Assembly: GCA_900316165.1 (NCBI GenBank)
Contig: ONBW01000008.1
Coordinates: 2,135 to 66,134 of the forward strand
Direction of reading: 5' to 3'
From: an uncultured Lachnospiraceae bacterium
GTDB taxonomy: Bacteria; Bacillota; Clostridia; Lachnospirales; Lachnospiraceae
Length of the DNA: 64,000 bases
Below the pieces are notes generated by a model, which was not told where the DNA came from, ran no database searches, and was given only the letters and a program-made list of their open reading frames with translations. The stretch's first letter is position 1. The number at the start of each line of letters is the position of its first letter. This document shows, piece after piece, positions 9,296-18,524 of the stretch. A program made the position numbers and the translations under genes.

Positions 9296-10248
9296 TGCGC
9301 TGGACTAAATTTACTATCGATACGACAGAGGCCGCGGCTGAGCTCGTAAGTGCTCTTCTCTATGACTTCGATATCACAAATATCGAGATAGAGGATAACG
9401 CGGCTGTGACACCTCTTGAGGGAGAGGATTACGAGGAGCTTGTACCTGACAGGGGAGCTGATGATGGAAGCTCGAAGGTTATTTTTTATGTAGAGGAAGG
9501 CAGAGACTACGGAAAGCTTTTAGAGGATATCAGATTCGGGCTTGATAACCTGAAAAAGACCGCTGATATAGGTGCCGGAACCATTGATATCTCTTCGACA
9601 GACGAGAAGGACTGGAGAGACAAGTGGAAGGAATTTTTCCACACCTTTACAGTTGGGGATTACACGATTGTTCCAAGCTGGGAAGAGGCTTCTTCAGATA
9701 ATGATCCGGGGCATATCATAAGGATGGATCCGGGAATCACCTTCGGTACCGGAAAGCACGAGAGCACCAGGATGATAATAGAGCAGCTGCCAAAGTACAT
9801 AAATGGCGGTGAGAGGGTCTTAGACTTAGGAACCGGAAGCGGAATCCTCGCTATGATTGCTCTAAGAGAGGGTGCAGATGATGTATCAGCTACTGATATA
9901 GATCCTGCAACCAAGGATGCTGTAGCGGAAAACTTCGAGAGGAACGATCTGCCTCTTGATAAAATGCATCTGGTGATCGGAGACTTAGCCTCTGATAAAA
10001 AGGTGCAGGAAGAGGTCGGAAGTGGATACGATGTAGTCTGTGCAAATATCCTTGCAGATATCATCATAGGAATGCTTCCTGCTATAAAGAATACTATTAA
10101 GCCGGATGGAGTGCTTCTTACTTCAGGAATTATCGATTTTAAAGAGGATGAAGTAAAAAAATCACTTTACGCGAACGGCTTTAAAGTATATGATATTAAG
10201 AAATGCGGAGAGTGGGTTTCAATTGCTGCAAAGCGAATAAAGGAGTAA
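9295..10248 (+). CDS. prmA: Ribosomal protein L11 methyltransferase
   Basis: DPGITFGTGKHESTR and the SAM motif LDLGTGSGILA. A TGATG stop/start overlap links it to the preceding gene. Confidence 0.9.
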   Translation: MRWTKFTIDTTEAAAELVSALLYDFDITNIEIEDNAAVTPLEGEDYEELVPDRGADDGSSKVIFYVEEGRDYGKLLEDIRFGLDNLKKTADIGAGTIDISSTDEKDWRDKWKEFFHTFTVGDYTIVPSWEEASSDNDPGHIIRMDPGITFGTGKHESTRMIIEQLPKYINGGERVLDLGTGSGILAMIALREGADDVSATDIDPATKDAVAENFERNDLPLDKMHLVIGDLASDKKVQEEVGSGYDVVCANILADIIIGMLPAIKNTIKPDGVLLTSGIIDFKEDEVKKSLYANGFKVYDIKKCGEWVSIAAKRIKE

Positions 10249-10252
10249 CGCA

Positions 10253-11749
10253 ATGAAAAAGAAAAACAAGATTTTCAGACAGACTGTTCTTTTAGTTTTG
10301 CTCTCTGTCTTTGTCCTGTCGGTATTTACCGCCTGCGGTTCAAAGGGACACGCGGTTACGGACAAGGCATCTCTTACGGGAGCAAGAGTCGGTGTTCAGA
10401 TTGGAACGACTGGAGATACCGATGTATCCGCTCTAAAGCACGGTACTAAGGTCCAGAGATTTGATAAGGGTGCTGATGCAATAAATACCCTAAAACAGGG
10501 TAAGCTCGATGCAGTCGTTATCGACGGCGAGGTAGCCAAGGCTTTCGTAAAGCAGAATCCTGACCTTAAAATCCTTGAAGAGCCTTTCGAGACTGAGGAG
10601 TACGCAGGTGTTATCGCAAAGGACAACACTGAGCTTCTCGACAAAGTAAACAAGGCTATGCAGGAGCTTCAGGACGAGGGCATTCTCGATAAGCTTAAAG
10701 ATACCTATATAAATGAAAAGGGCGACTACCATTACAAAGAGAAGGTCACAAGCGGTGATACTCTTGTTATGGCATCATCTATCGACTTCCCGCCTTATGA
10801 GTATTTCGACAACGGAAGTTCTACTCCTGTAGGTTTCGATGTCGAGATGGCATACGCTATTGCTGATAAGCTCGGCATGAAGCTTGAAATCCAGAATATT
10901 CAGTTTGACGCTATAATAAATGCCGTTAATTCAGGAAAGGCTGATATCGGATTCTCAGGATTTACAGTTACTGAGGAGAGAAAGAAGAGCATAAACTTTA
11001 CTTCGAACTACATGGAGACGCAGCAGGCTATCATAGTTCAGAAGGGCGGTGCCGGAAACGGACAGTCATTTGGAGACAAGCTCTATAACAGTTTTATTAA
11101 GGACCACCGTTTCAATTACCTGCTCTCAGGTCTTGTAAATACTATTATCATCACGATATTTGCAGTGCTTATCGGTGTTGTACTTGGATTCCTTATTGCT
11201 CTTGTCCGTGTAACTCACGACAAAAACGGAAATCTCAAGGTCTTAAACTTCATCGCAAAGCTGTATCTGACTATAGTCCGAGGAACGCCTATGATGATCC
11301 AGCTTCTTATTATCTACTTCGTTATTTTTGCATCGGTGGATATAAGCAAGGTTCTAGTAGCTATCATCGCCTTCGGTCTGAACTCCGCGGCATACCAGGC
11401 TGAGAACTTCAGAAGTGGTATCATGGCAGTAGATGCCGGACAGTTCGAGGCAGGACATGCACTTGGACTTAAGTATGGTACAGTCATGACATCTATCATC
11501 CTTCCACAGGCTGTTAAGAATGTACTCCCTGCTATCGCAAACGAGTTCATCTCACTTTTGAAGGAGACATCAATTTCTGGTTACATCGGACTCCAGGATC
11601 TCACTCAGGGAGGTATGATCATCCGTTCTATCACTTACGAGGCAATGATACCGCTTCTTGCAGTCGCAGTTATCTATCTCGTTATAGTGCTCATACTGAC
11701 ATGGCTCGTAGGAAAGCTTGAAAAGGCTTTAAGAAAGAATGAGAGGTAA
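10253..11749 (+). CDS. Amino-acid ABC transporter: lipoprotein signal, two tandem substrate-binding domains and a permease domain in one polypeptide (GlnP-type)
   Basis: N-terminal signal with lipobox VFTAC. Two SBP_bac_3-like modules are present (GVQIGTTGD.. and ..[16 protein letters not shown]). The C-terminal permease carries an EAA-like loop ([26 protein letters not shown]). Confidence 0.8.
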   Translation: MKKKNKIFRQTVLLVLLSVFVLSVFTACGSKGHAVTDKASLTGARVGVQIGTTGDTDVSALKHGTKVQRFDKGADAINTLKQGKLDAVVIDGEVAKAFVKQNPDLKILEEPFETEEYAGVIAKDNTELLDKVNKAMQELQDEGILDKLKDTYINEKGDYHYKEKVTSGDTLVMASSIDFPPYEYFDNGSSTPVGFDVEMAYAIADKLGMKLEIQNIQFDAIINAVNSGKADIGFSGFTVTEERKKSINFTSNYMETQQAIIVQKGGAGNGQSFGDKLYNSFIKDHRFNYLLSGLVNTIIITIFAVLIGVVLGFLIALVRVTHDKNGNLKVLNFIAKLYLTIVRGTPMMIQLLIIYFVIFASVDISKVLVAIIAFGLNSAAYQAENFRSGIMAVDAGQFEAGHALGLKYGTVMTSIILPQAVKNVLPAIANEFISLLKETSISGYIGLQDLTQGGMIIRSITYEAMIPLLAVAVIYLVIVLILTWLVGKLEKALRKNER

Positions 11750-11754
11750 AGAAT

Positions 11755-12492
11755 ATGTCTGATGTGATAATGCATGTAGAAAAGCTTACAAAGAGCTTTG
11801 GAGACCATATAGTACTTAAGGATATAGACCTTGACATCACAAAGGGTGAGGTCATCTCGATCATCGGACCGTCAGGCTGCGGCAAATCTACTTTTGTACG
11901 CTGCCTCGACCTTCTCGAGAAGCCTGATTCAGGACATATTATTTTTGACGGAACTGATATCACTGACCCTAAGACTGATACAGCACAGGTGCTTCCGAAG
12001 ATTGGAATGGTTTTCCAGTCATTCAATCTTTTTAACAATATGACTGTAAAGGACAATATCACTTTTGCCCCTGTTCACCATGGAATCATGTCAAAGCCTG
12101 AAGCTGATAAGAAGGCGTTAGAGCTTTTGGACTGGGTTGGACTTACTGATAAGGCAGATGACTATCCGTCAAGACTTTCAGGAGGTCAGAAGCAGAGAGC
12201 AGCAATTGCCCGTTCACTGGCTATGAATCCTGATATAATGCTTATGGATGAGCCTACATCGGCTCTTGATCCTGAGATAGTAGGTGAGGTTTTAGGTATT
12301 ATAAGAAAGCTTGCGGACTCAGGAATGACGATGGTAATCGTCACTCATGATATGTCTTTCGCGAAAGAGGTATCTGATCGGGTACTTTTCATAGATGAGA
12401 CGAGGATAATGGAGTCAGGTACACCTGAGGAGGTGTTTGAACACACGAAGAACGAGAGACTTCAGAAATTCCTTGCAGCTGTGATGCAGTAA
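11755..12492 (+). CDS. Amino-acid ABC transporter ATP-binding protein (GlnQ-type)
   Basis: Walker [10 protein letters not shown], signature LSGGQKQR, Walker [13 protein letters not shown]. Confidence 0.9.
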   Translation: MSDVIMHVEKLTKSFGDHIVLKDIDLDITKGEVISIIGPSGCGKSTFVRCLDLLEKPDSGHIIFDGTDITDPKTDTAQVLPKIGMVFQSFNLFNNMTVKDNITFAPVHHGIMSKPEADKKALELLDWVGLTDKADDYPSRLSGGQKQRAAIARSLAMNPDIMLMDEPTSALDPEIVGEVLGIIRKLADSGMTMVIVTHDMSFAKEVSDRVLFIDETRIMESGTPEEVFEHTKNERLQKFLAAVMQ

Positions 12493-12496
12493 TGTT

Positions 12497-12535
12497 TATG
12501 AGCGGGGCTTTAAAAAAGTACCTGCTCATATTTTT
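12497..12535 (+). terminator. Terminator candidate after the ABC ATPase gene
   Basis: TATGAGC ... GCTCATA form a 7-bp stem, extendable with a bulge, followed by T5. Confidence 0.45.
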
Positions 12536-12540
12536 GCACA

Positions 12541-12565
12541 AAAAAAACTCCCTCGAAGGAGGGAG
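12541..12565 (-). terminator. Rho-independent terminator of the minus-strand HPr-like gene
   Basis: CTCCCTC GAAG GAGGGAG is a perfect 7-bp GC-rich stem. The A7 on the + strand gives a U-run when read on the minus strand. Confidence 0.65.
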
Positions 12566-12583
12566 CCCATCTTCTGTAGAAGA

Positions 12584-12817
12584 TCAGCCTTCGATGATGT
12601 AAGGCTTTAATGCTTCAAGAATCTCAGCATCATTATCATCGTGGATTGTCAGGTCGATAGGACTGGAAAGGTCAAGGGAGAAGATTCCCATGATGGACTT
12701 AGCGTCGATTACATAACGACCTGAGATCAGGTCAAAGTCACTGTCAAACTGACTGATTGTGTTTACGAATGACTTAACCTTATCAATTGAGTTAAGAGAA
12801 ATCTTTACAGTTTTCAT
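12584..12817 (-). CDS. HPr-fold (PTS phosphocarrier-like) small protein lacking the His15 site
   Basis: The 77-aa protein aligns by eye to Bacillus HPr. The AKSIMGIFSL segment matches the Ser46 region (KSIMGVMSL). The His15 region GIHARPA is replaced by SIDKVKS. Confidence 0.6.
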   Translation of the reverse strand: MKTVKISLNSIDKVKSFVNTISQFDSDFDLISGRYVIDAKSIMGIFSLDLSSPIDLTIHDDNDAEILEALKPYIIEG

Positions 12818-12903
12818 GTGTTTTTCCTCCTGTAAAACATATGTTATCTATGTCCTATGGTAAATCAACACAGGAGAAAAGTCAATCAAAAGGAGAACTA
12901 ATT

Positions 12904-14220
12904 TTGAAAAAAGCCGCATTTCACAATTTAGGCTGCAAGGTAAATGCCTATGAGCTCGAGGGCATGGAGGAAAGCCTCAGAAACGCCGGATATGAGATCG
13001 TTCCATTTACAGAAAAGGCAGATGTCTACGTCATAAATACCTGCACAGTCACGAGAGTCGCTGACCAGAAGTCGCGCCAGATGATAAGCAGGGCAAAGAC
13101 TCTAAATCCAGATGCGATAGTTGTAGCCTGCGGCTGTTATGCAAATACCGGAAAGGATGTGCTGCTCCGAGACGGTGTAGCTGACATAATCCTCGGAAAT
13201 AACGAGAAGAGCCAGCTAAACGATGAGATAGAAAAATTAAAAGCGGCCAGGCTTACAGATAAAGATGCCAAAGAGACACTCGTTCCGGATATAAACAAGG
13301 GACACTGGGAGTTCGAAGAGACCACGGTGTCGATGAAGGAGGAGCACACCAGAGCTTTCTTAAAGATTGAGGACGGCTGCAATCAGTTCTGCACTTACTG
13401 CATCATACCGTTCGCAAGAGGCCGAGAGAGAAGCCGTGATCCTGAGAGAATAGCAGAAGAGGTAAGGACACTTGTGGGAAAAGGCTTCAGAGAATTCGTG
13501 CTGACAGGAATAAGACTTACCAGCTATTCATACGAAGGCCTGACCTTAGCTGACTTAATTGAAAAAATATCCGTTATCGATGGGGTTCACAGGATTCGCC
13601 TTGGTTCGCTAGAGCCCGTCGCAGTAACCGAGGATTTCGCGAAGAGGATGGCAGCACTTCCGAATTTCTGTCCGCACTTTCACTTATCTCTGCAAAGCGG
13701 CTCTGCCGAAGTCTTAAAGCGGATGAACAGGCATTACACTCCTGAAGAGTTTATGGAGTCAGTAGGATATTTAAAGAAATATTTCGATGATCCGGCGCTT
13801 ACAGCTGATATGATCTGTGGCTTCCCGGGCGAGACAGATGAGGAATTTAATGAGTCACTAGACTTTGCAAAGAAAGTTGGCTTCTACGAAATCCATGTCT
13901 TCCCATACTCAGTCCGACAGGGTACGAAGGCTGAAAAAATGCCTGGACAGCTCTCGAAGAAGGAGAAGGCAGAGCGCACAAAAATCCTCCGCGCTGCTGC
14001 AGCCTCAATGAAGCAGGACTATTTGACCCGTCACATCGGAAAGAAAGTAGAGGCCCTTCTCGAGGAGACCTGTGAAACCAACGGCCACATCTACTGGACC
14101 GGATACACCCCTGAGTACATTCGTGTTCTCTTCGACACTGATCAGGACATGTCCGGCAAATTCGTGACGGGAACTCTTACAGAAATAGAAGACGGTTCAA
14201 TGCACCTGTCGGCCCGTTAG
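12904..14220 (+). CDS. mtaB: tRNA t6A37 methylthiotransferase MtaB (radical SAM MTTase)
   Basis: MTTase N-domain NLGCKVNAYE, radical-SAM motif CNQFCTYC and a C-terminal TRAM-like domain. The preferred start is the TTG at 12904, which lies 8 nt after AAGGAG. The in-frame ATG at 12841 has no RBS. Confidence 0.8.
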   Translation: MKKAAFHNLGCKVNAYELEGMEESLRNAGYEIVPFTEKADVYVINTCTVTRVADQKSRQMISRAKTLNPDAIVVACGCYANTGKDVLLRDGVADIILGNNEKSQLNDEIEKLKAARLTDKDAKETLVPDINKGHWEFEETTVSMKEEHTRAFLKIEDGCNQFCTYCIIPFARGRERSRDPERIAEEVRTLVGKGFREFVLTGIRLTSYSYEGLTLADLIEKISVIDGVHRIRLGSLEPVAVTEDFAKRMAALPNFCPHFHLSLQSGSAEVLKRMNRHYTPEEFMESVGYLKKYFDDPALTADMICGFPGETDEEFNESLDFAKKVGFYEIHVFPYSVRQGTKAEKMPGQLSKKEKAERTKILRAAAASMKQDYLTRHIGKKVEALLEETCETNGHIYWTGYTPEYIRVLFDTDQDMSGKFVTGTLTEIEDGSMHLSAR

Positions 14221-14293
14221 TCTGCAGGCTCGTTTATTTTTTCAAGAGCTTACACAGTAAACGGCGAAAAATGATAACAATAAGGATGAATAT

Positions 14294-15079
14294 ATGAAGG
14301 CAGTATTTTTTGATATAGATGGCACGCTCTGGGACAGGCACAGCGTAATCCCTGAAAGCACCACAGAGTCAATCCATAAGCTACAGAAAAACGGTAATCT
14401 CGCGTTTATAAATACAGGAAGAACCAGGGCTTTTGTCAGAAGAAGAAATCTATTAGACATAGGCTTTGACGGGATCTGCTGTGGCTGCGGCACAATGCTT
14501 GAGCTAAACGGAAAGGCAGAGTACTATTACAAGATACCTGAGGAGCTGGCAGTTTATACAGTCGAGACGATAAGAAAATTCGGTTTCAAGCCAGTTCTTG
14601 AGGGAAGATACAATCTCTATATGGATGACGATGAATTTGAGGGAGATATGTTCGGAACGAAGCTTAAGGATGAGCTCGGAAGTGACCTTCTGACAATTAA
14701 TGGGAACTGGGGCAAATGGGAGATCAGCAAAATGAGCTGTTCCACACCACAGCCACAGACAGATGTCAAAGGAGCACAGGAGATAATTGGCAGATACTAT
14801 TCGTTTATGACAAACAGCAAGGAGTATGTCGAATTGGTTCCGACAGGCCACAACAAGGCTACAGTAATGGACAAGGTCTGCGAAAAATTCGGAATAGATA
14901 ATAAAGACACGATAGCGTTTGGAGACGGCTCAAATGACCTCGAGATGTTAAGACATGCCGGAATCGGAATCGCAATGGGTGATGGCTGCGACGAGGCAAA
15001 AGAGGCCGCAGACATGATAACAACAGGGCAGAAGGAAGATGGAATTAAAAATGCTCTCGAGAAACTGGATCTTATATAG
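14294..15079 (+). CDS. Cof-type HAD-IIB family hydrolase
   Basis: Motif I FFDIDGTL, motif IV GDGSNDLEM, and an inserted cap domain. Confidence 0.8.
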   Translation: MKAVFFDIDGTLWDRHSVIPESTTESIHKLQKNGNLAFINTGRTRAFVRRRNLLDIGFDGICCGCGTMLELNGKAEYYYKIPEELAVYTVETIRKFGFKPVLEGRYNLYMDDDEFEGDMFGTKLKDELGSDLLTINGNWGKWEISKMSCSTPQPQTDVKGAQEIIGRYYSFMTNSKEYVELVPTGHNKATVMDKVCEKFGIDNKDTIAFGDGSNDLEMLRHAGIGIAMGDGCDEAKEAADMITTGQKEDGIKNALEKLDLI

Positions 15080-15081
15080 TC

Positions 15082-15110
15082 TTGAAAAATGACATCGAGT
15101 GTTGTATCAT
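15082..15110 (+). promoter_or_regulatory. Sigma-A-type promoter candidate for ireB-ruvX-DUF1292
   Basis: TTGAAA, a 17-nt spacer, TATCAT. A 7-bp stem (CCTGTGC/GCACAGG, 15128-15150) follows close to the predicted 5' end. It has no U-run, so it is more likely a 5' stabilising hairpin than a terminator. Confidence 0.4.
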
Positions 15111-15168
15111 AGTAGGAAGTGAAAAAGCCTGTGCCTGATTTTTGCACAGGGTCGTGAAGGAGAACTTT

Positions 15169-15435
15169 ATGAAAGATCTTAGTGAAACCCAGTACTTTAA
15201 GGTTACAAGTGATAATTCCATAACAGTTAAGGAAATCATTGCCTTAGTGTACAAGGCACTTTCTGAAAAAGGATACAATCCGGTGAACCAGATTGTAGGA
15301 TATATCATGTCAGGAGATCCGACATTCATCACGAGTCATAATAACGCAAGAAGTCTGATCATGAAGGTAGAGCGTGACGAGCTTGTAGAGGAACTCTTAC
15401 GCGAGTACATAAACAGAAAAGCTTGGGAAGACTGA
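15169..15435 (+). CDS. ireB: IreB family regulatory phosphoprotein (UPF0297)
   Basis: The motif NPVNQIVGYIMSGDPTFITSHNNARSLI is typical of this family. GAAGGAG lies 7 nt upstream of the ATG at 15169. Confidence 0.8.
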   Translation: MKDLSETQYFKVTSDNSITVKEIIALVYKALSEKGYNPVNQIVGYIMSGDPTFITSHNNARSLIMKVERDELVEELLREYINRKAWED

Positions 15436-15875
15436 TGACAGAACAGGGTAGGATCTTAGGGCTTGATTATGGGTCTAAAACTGTGGGCGTAGCAGTTTCT
15501 GACCCTCTTTTTATAACTGCGCAGGGAATTACAGTTATTACCCGTAAGCATCCCACGAAGTACAGACAGACTATAGCAGCTATACGTGAGATCTGCGAAG
15601 AGTATCATATCACTCGTATAGTCTTAGGCCTCCCATTGGGATTAGACGGTATCGAAGGGGGCAGATGCACTGCTACGAGAGAGTTTGGAAGCCTGCTAGA
15701 GGAGAAACTTTCGATTCCTGTGGATTATCAGGATGAGAGATTTACGACTATTGAGGCAGAGAGTGTGATCAAGGCCGGGGGAAAGAAGGATCCACACGAC
15801 ATCAAATCGACAGTGGATCAGGCAGCAGCAGTTCTTATTTTAGAGACATATATGCTTAGACATGGAAAAAATTAG
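15435..15875 (+). CDS. ruvX: Holliday junction resolvase-like RuvX (YqgF)
   Basis: ILGLDYGSKTVGVAVSD N-terminal motif. The ATG overlaps the ireB TGA (TGATG). Confidence 0.85.
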   Translation: MTEQGRILGLDYGSKTVGVAVSDPLFITAQGITVITRKHPTKYRQTIAAIREICEEYHITRIVLGLPLGLDGIEGGRCTATREFGSLLEEKLSIPVDYQDERFTTIEAESVIKAGGKKDPHDIKSTVDQAAAVLILETYMLRHGKN

Positions 15876-16122
15876 TTTTTTTGATGAAGAATCCGGTGAA
15901 GAGCAGGATTTTTATATATTATCTGAGACAGTTATAAATCAGCAGAGCTACCTATTGGTTACAGACCAGGATCCTGACGAACAGGAGGAGACTGACTGTT
16001 ACATCATGAAGAAGATGGCTGAATCGGATGGTGAGATCTCGTATGAATTTTTAGAGGATCAGAAGACCATCGATGCGGTTTTTGCTGTGTTCAGAGAGGA
16101 ACTAGAAGACACAGAAGAATAA
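15862..16122 (+). CDS. DUF1292-family small acidic protein
   Basis: An 86-aa acidic protein in the conserved position after ireB-ruvX, as in Bacillus yrzL-yrrK-yrzB. Confidence 0.65.
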   Translation: MEKISFFDEESGEEQDFYILSETVINQQSYLLVTDQDPDEQEETDCYIMKKMAESDGEISYEFLEDQKTIDAVFAVFREELEDTEE

Positions 16123-16206
16123 AGGCATTTTTTTAAGAAGGCAGTACAGCTCTTTTTTGCGTGCAAAAATACCGCCTTTATAAAAGTCTGCCTAAACGGA
16201 GGTAGA

Positions 16207-17874
16207 ATGAAACCACATCAGAAACCACATCTTAAAGTCATTCCATTGGGCGGTCTTGAACAGATCGGTATGAATATGACAGCATTCGAATACAGGGATA
16301 CGATCATCGTAGTTGACTGCGGACTCGCATTCCCTGAGGACGATATGCTTGGAATCGACATGTGTATCCCTGATATCACATATCTGGTAGAGAATAAAGA
16401 AAAGGTCAAGGGATTTTTTATAACTCATGGTCACGAGGACCATATCGGAGCTATTCCGTATGTGATAAGAGAGGTAAATGTCCCTATATATGCCACAAAG
16501 CTTACTATGGGTCTTATCGACCACAAGCTTGAGGAGAAAGGTCTTCTCGAAAAGACCAAGAGAAAGGTCGTAAAATTCGGTCAGACGATACAGACAGGAC
16601 CTTTCAAAGTCGAGTTTATCAAGACAAATCACAGTATCCAGGATGCGGCAGCACTTGCTATTTTTACACCGGTTGGAGTTTTAGTACATACAGGAGACTT
16701 CAAAGTCGACTACACACCAGTATTTGGTGACGCTATCGATCTGCAGAGATTTGCGGAGCTTGGAAAGCATGGAGTTCTTGGACTCATGTGTGATTCTACA
16801 AATGCCGAGAGACCTGGATTTACCGAATCTGAAAGTACAGTCGGTGTCACTTTTAACGATATCTTTGCGGAGAACAGGGATTTCAGGATAATCATAGCTA
16901 CATTCGCATCGAACGTAGATCGTGTTCAGCAGATCATAAACACAGCCTATAAGTATGGACGTAAGGTTGTAGTCGAGGGCCGCAGCATGGTGACTATTAT
17001 CGACATCGCCCAGAAGCTCGGTTACATAAAGATTCCTGAGAAGACTCTTATCTCAGTTGATGACTTAAGCAAATATCCTGATAACCGCACAGTAATAATC
17101 ACTACAGGAAGCCAGGGAGAGTCGATGGCGGCACTTTCGCGTATGGCAAACGGCACTCATAAAAAAATAGCCATTAAGCCGAATGATACTATTATTTTTT
17201 CATCTCATGCTATTCCTGGTAATGAGAAGGATGTATCTAATATCATAAATGAGCTCTACCGCAAGGGAGCAAACGTCATCTTCCAGGATGTCCACGTATC
17301 TGGACATGCCTGTCAGGAAGAGATTAAGCTTATCTACTCCCTTGTAAAGCCTGAGTATTCCATTCCTGTTCATGGTGAGTACAAGCACTTAAAGGCTCAG
17401 GAGAGGATAGCCAAGGCACTTGGTTACGATTCAGACCATATCAAAATCCTGTCATCTGGTGATGTGCTCGAGTTCGATGAAAGAGGAGATGCTAAGGTTA
17501 CCGGCCATGTACATACAGGTACAGTTATGGTCGATGGTCTCGGAGTCGGCGATGTAGGAAATATCGTTTTAAGAGACAGACAGCACCTCGCAGAGGACGG
17601 AATCATCATAGTTGTAATGGCTATGGATTCGGCTACAGGAACTATTGCAGCAGGCCCTGATATCGTATCGAGAGGATTTGTATATGTAAAGGATTCTGAG
17701 GATCTGATGGAAGAGGCAAAGGAGATAGTATCAGATAAGCTCGTAGAATTAGAGGACGCGAAGGTACGTGACTGGTCCAGGATAAAGACTGAGGTAAAGA
17801 GCGTGCTTTCAGACTATGTATGGAAGCAGACACAGAGGAATCCTATGATTCTTCCAGTGATTCAGGAAGTATGA
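16207..17874 (+). CDS. rnj: Ribonuclease J
   Basis: Metallo-beta-lactamase motif HGHEDHIGA, a beta-CASP region, a 555-aa length and a typical N-terminus (KVIPLGGLEQIGMNMT). Confidence 0.9.
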   Translation: MKPHQKPHLKVIPLGGLEQIGMNMTAFEYRDTIIVVDCGLAFPEDDMLGIDMCIPDITYLVENKEKVKGFFITHGHEDHIGAIPYVIREVNVPIYATKLTMGLIDHKLEEKGLLEKTKRKVVKFGQTIQTGPFKVEFIKTNHSIQDAAALAIFTPVGVLVHTGDFKVDYTPVFGDAIDLQRFAELGKHGVLGLMCDSTNAERPGFTESESTVGVTFNDIFAENRDFRIIIATFASNVDRVQQIINTAYKYGRKVVVEGRSMVTIIDIAQKLGYIKIPEKTLISVDDLSKYPDNRTVIITTGSQGESMAALSRMANGTHKKIAIKPNDTIIFSSHAIPGNEKDVSNIINELYRKGANVIFQDVHVSGHACQEEIKLIYSLVKPEYSIPVHGEYKHLKAQERIAKALGYDSDHIKILSSGDVLEFDERGDAKVTGHVHTGTVMVDGLGVGDVGNIVLRDRQHLAEDGIIIVVMAMDSATGTIAAGPDIVSRGFVYVKDSEDLMEEAKEIVSDKLVELEDAKVRDWSRIKTEVKSVLSDYVWKQTQRNPMILPVIQEV

Positions 17875-18524
17875 TATTCAGTGACCATGACAGATTCGAG
17901 GGGTTCCTTAAAAGCTTTCCCTTCGAGCTTCCGGAATACTTATCTTTGATAAGAGAAAAAGCACTTAAAGATAATATACCGATAATAAGAGATGATACGC
18001 AGAGGTTTATTGTCTTTCTGATGAAATCATTTGTCCCGAAGCGGATTCTTGAGATAGGTACGGCGGTTGGTTTTTCAGCTCTTCTGATGGCACATTTTGA
18101 CAGTTCACTTACTGAGCTCGTAACTATTGAGGACTATGAGCCAAGGATAAAGGCTGCAGAAGAAAACTTCAGTCATTCAGATGCACCGATCACTCTTCTT
18201 ACAGGTGATGCTTCGGATGTCCTTAAGGGACTTGACGGAGAATACGATTTTATTTTTATTGATGCTGCAAAGGGTCAGTATCCTGAATACTTAAGGCTGA
18301 TAAGACCGCTTCTTGCCTCTCATGCTATGATTGTAGCTGATAATATCCTTCAGGACGGAAGGATACTTGAGCCCAAGGAAGCCTTAGAGCGAAGGGACAG
18401 GACGATTCACAAGCGGATAAGACAGTATTTATCTGAGATTATGACTGACAGCTCTCTTGTCTCCACAGTCCTTCCTATAGGAGATGGGCTGGCTGTTTCC
18501 ATATATGATAGGAGCGTAAAATGA
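17871..18524 (+). CDS. trmR: Class I SAM-dependent O-methyltransferase, TrmR/YrrM-like (tRNA ho5U methyltransferase family)
   Basis: SAM motif ILEIGTAVGFSA plus FIDAAKGQY. An ATGA overlap joins it to the rnj stop. It is followed by a U32 peptidase gene, as in Bacillus yrrM-yrrN-yrrO. The exact start is uncertain (17820 or 17871). Confidence 0.65.
   Translation: MIFSDHDRFEGFLKSFPFELPEYLSLIREKALKDNIPIIRDDTQRFIVFLMKSFVPKRILEIGTAVGFSALLMAHFDSSLTELVTIEDYEPRIKAAEENFSHSDAPITLLTGDASDVLKGLDGEYDFIFIDAAKGQYPEYLRLIRPLLASHAMIVADNILQDGRILEPKEALERRDRTIHKRIRQYLSEIMTDSSLVSTVLPIGDGLAVSIYDRSVK

Noticed and set aside
12841-12903. The upstream ATG start for mtaB, and similarly 51638 for fliH, 29274 for the aminotransferase, 39517 for the GH13 gene and 15142 for ireB.
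   Set aside because: The longest-ORF starts lack an RBS or overlap neighbouring genes. The internal starts have canonical GGAGG-type sites at 6-9 nt and give N-termini that match the family norms.
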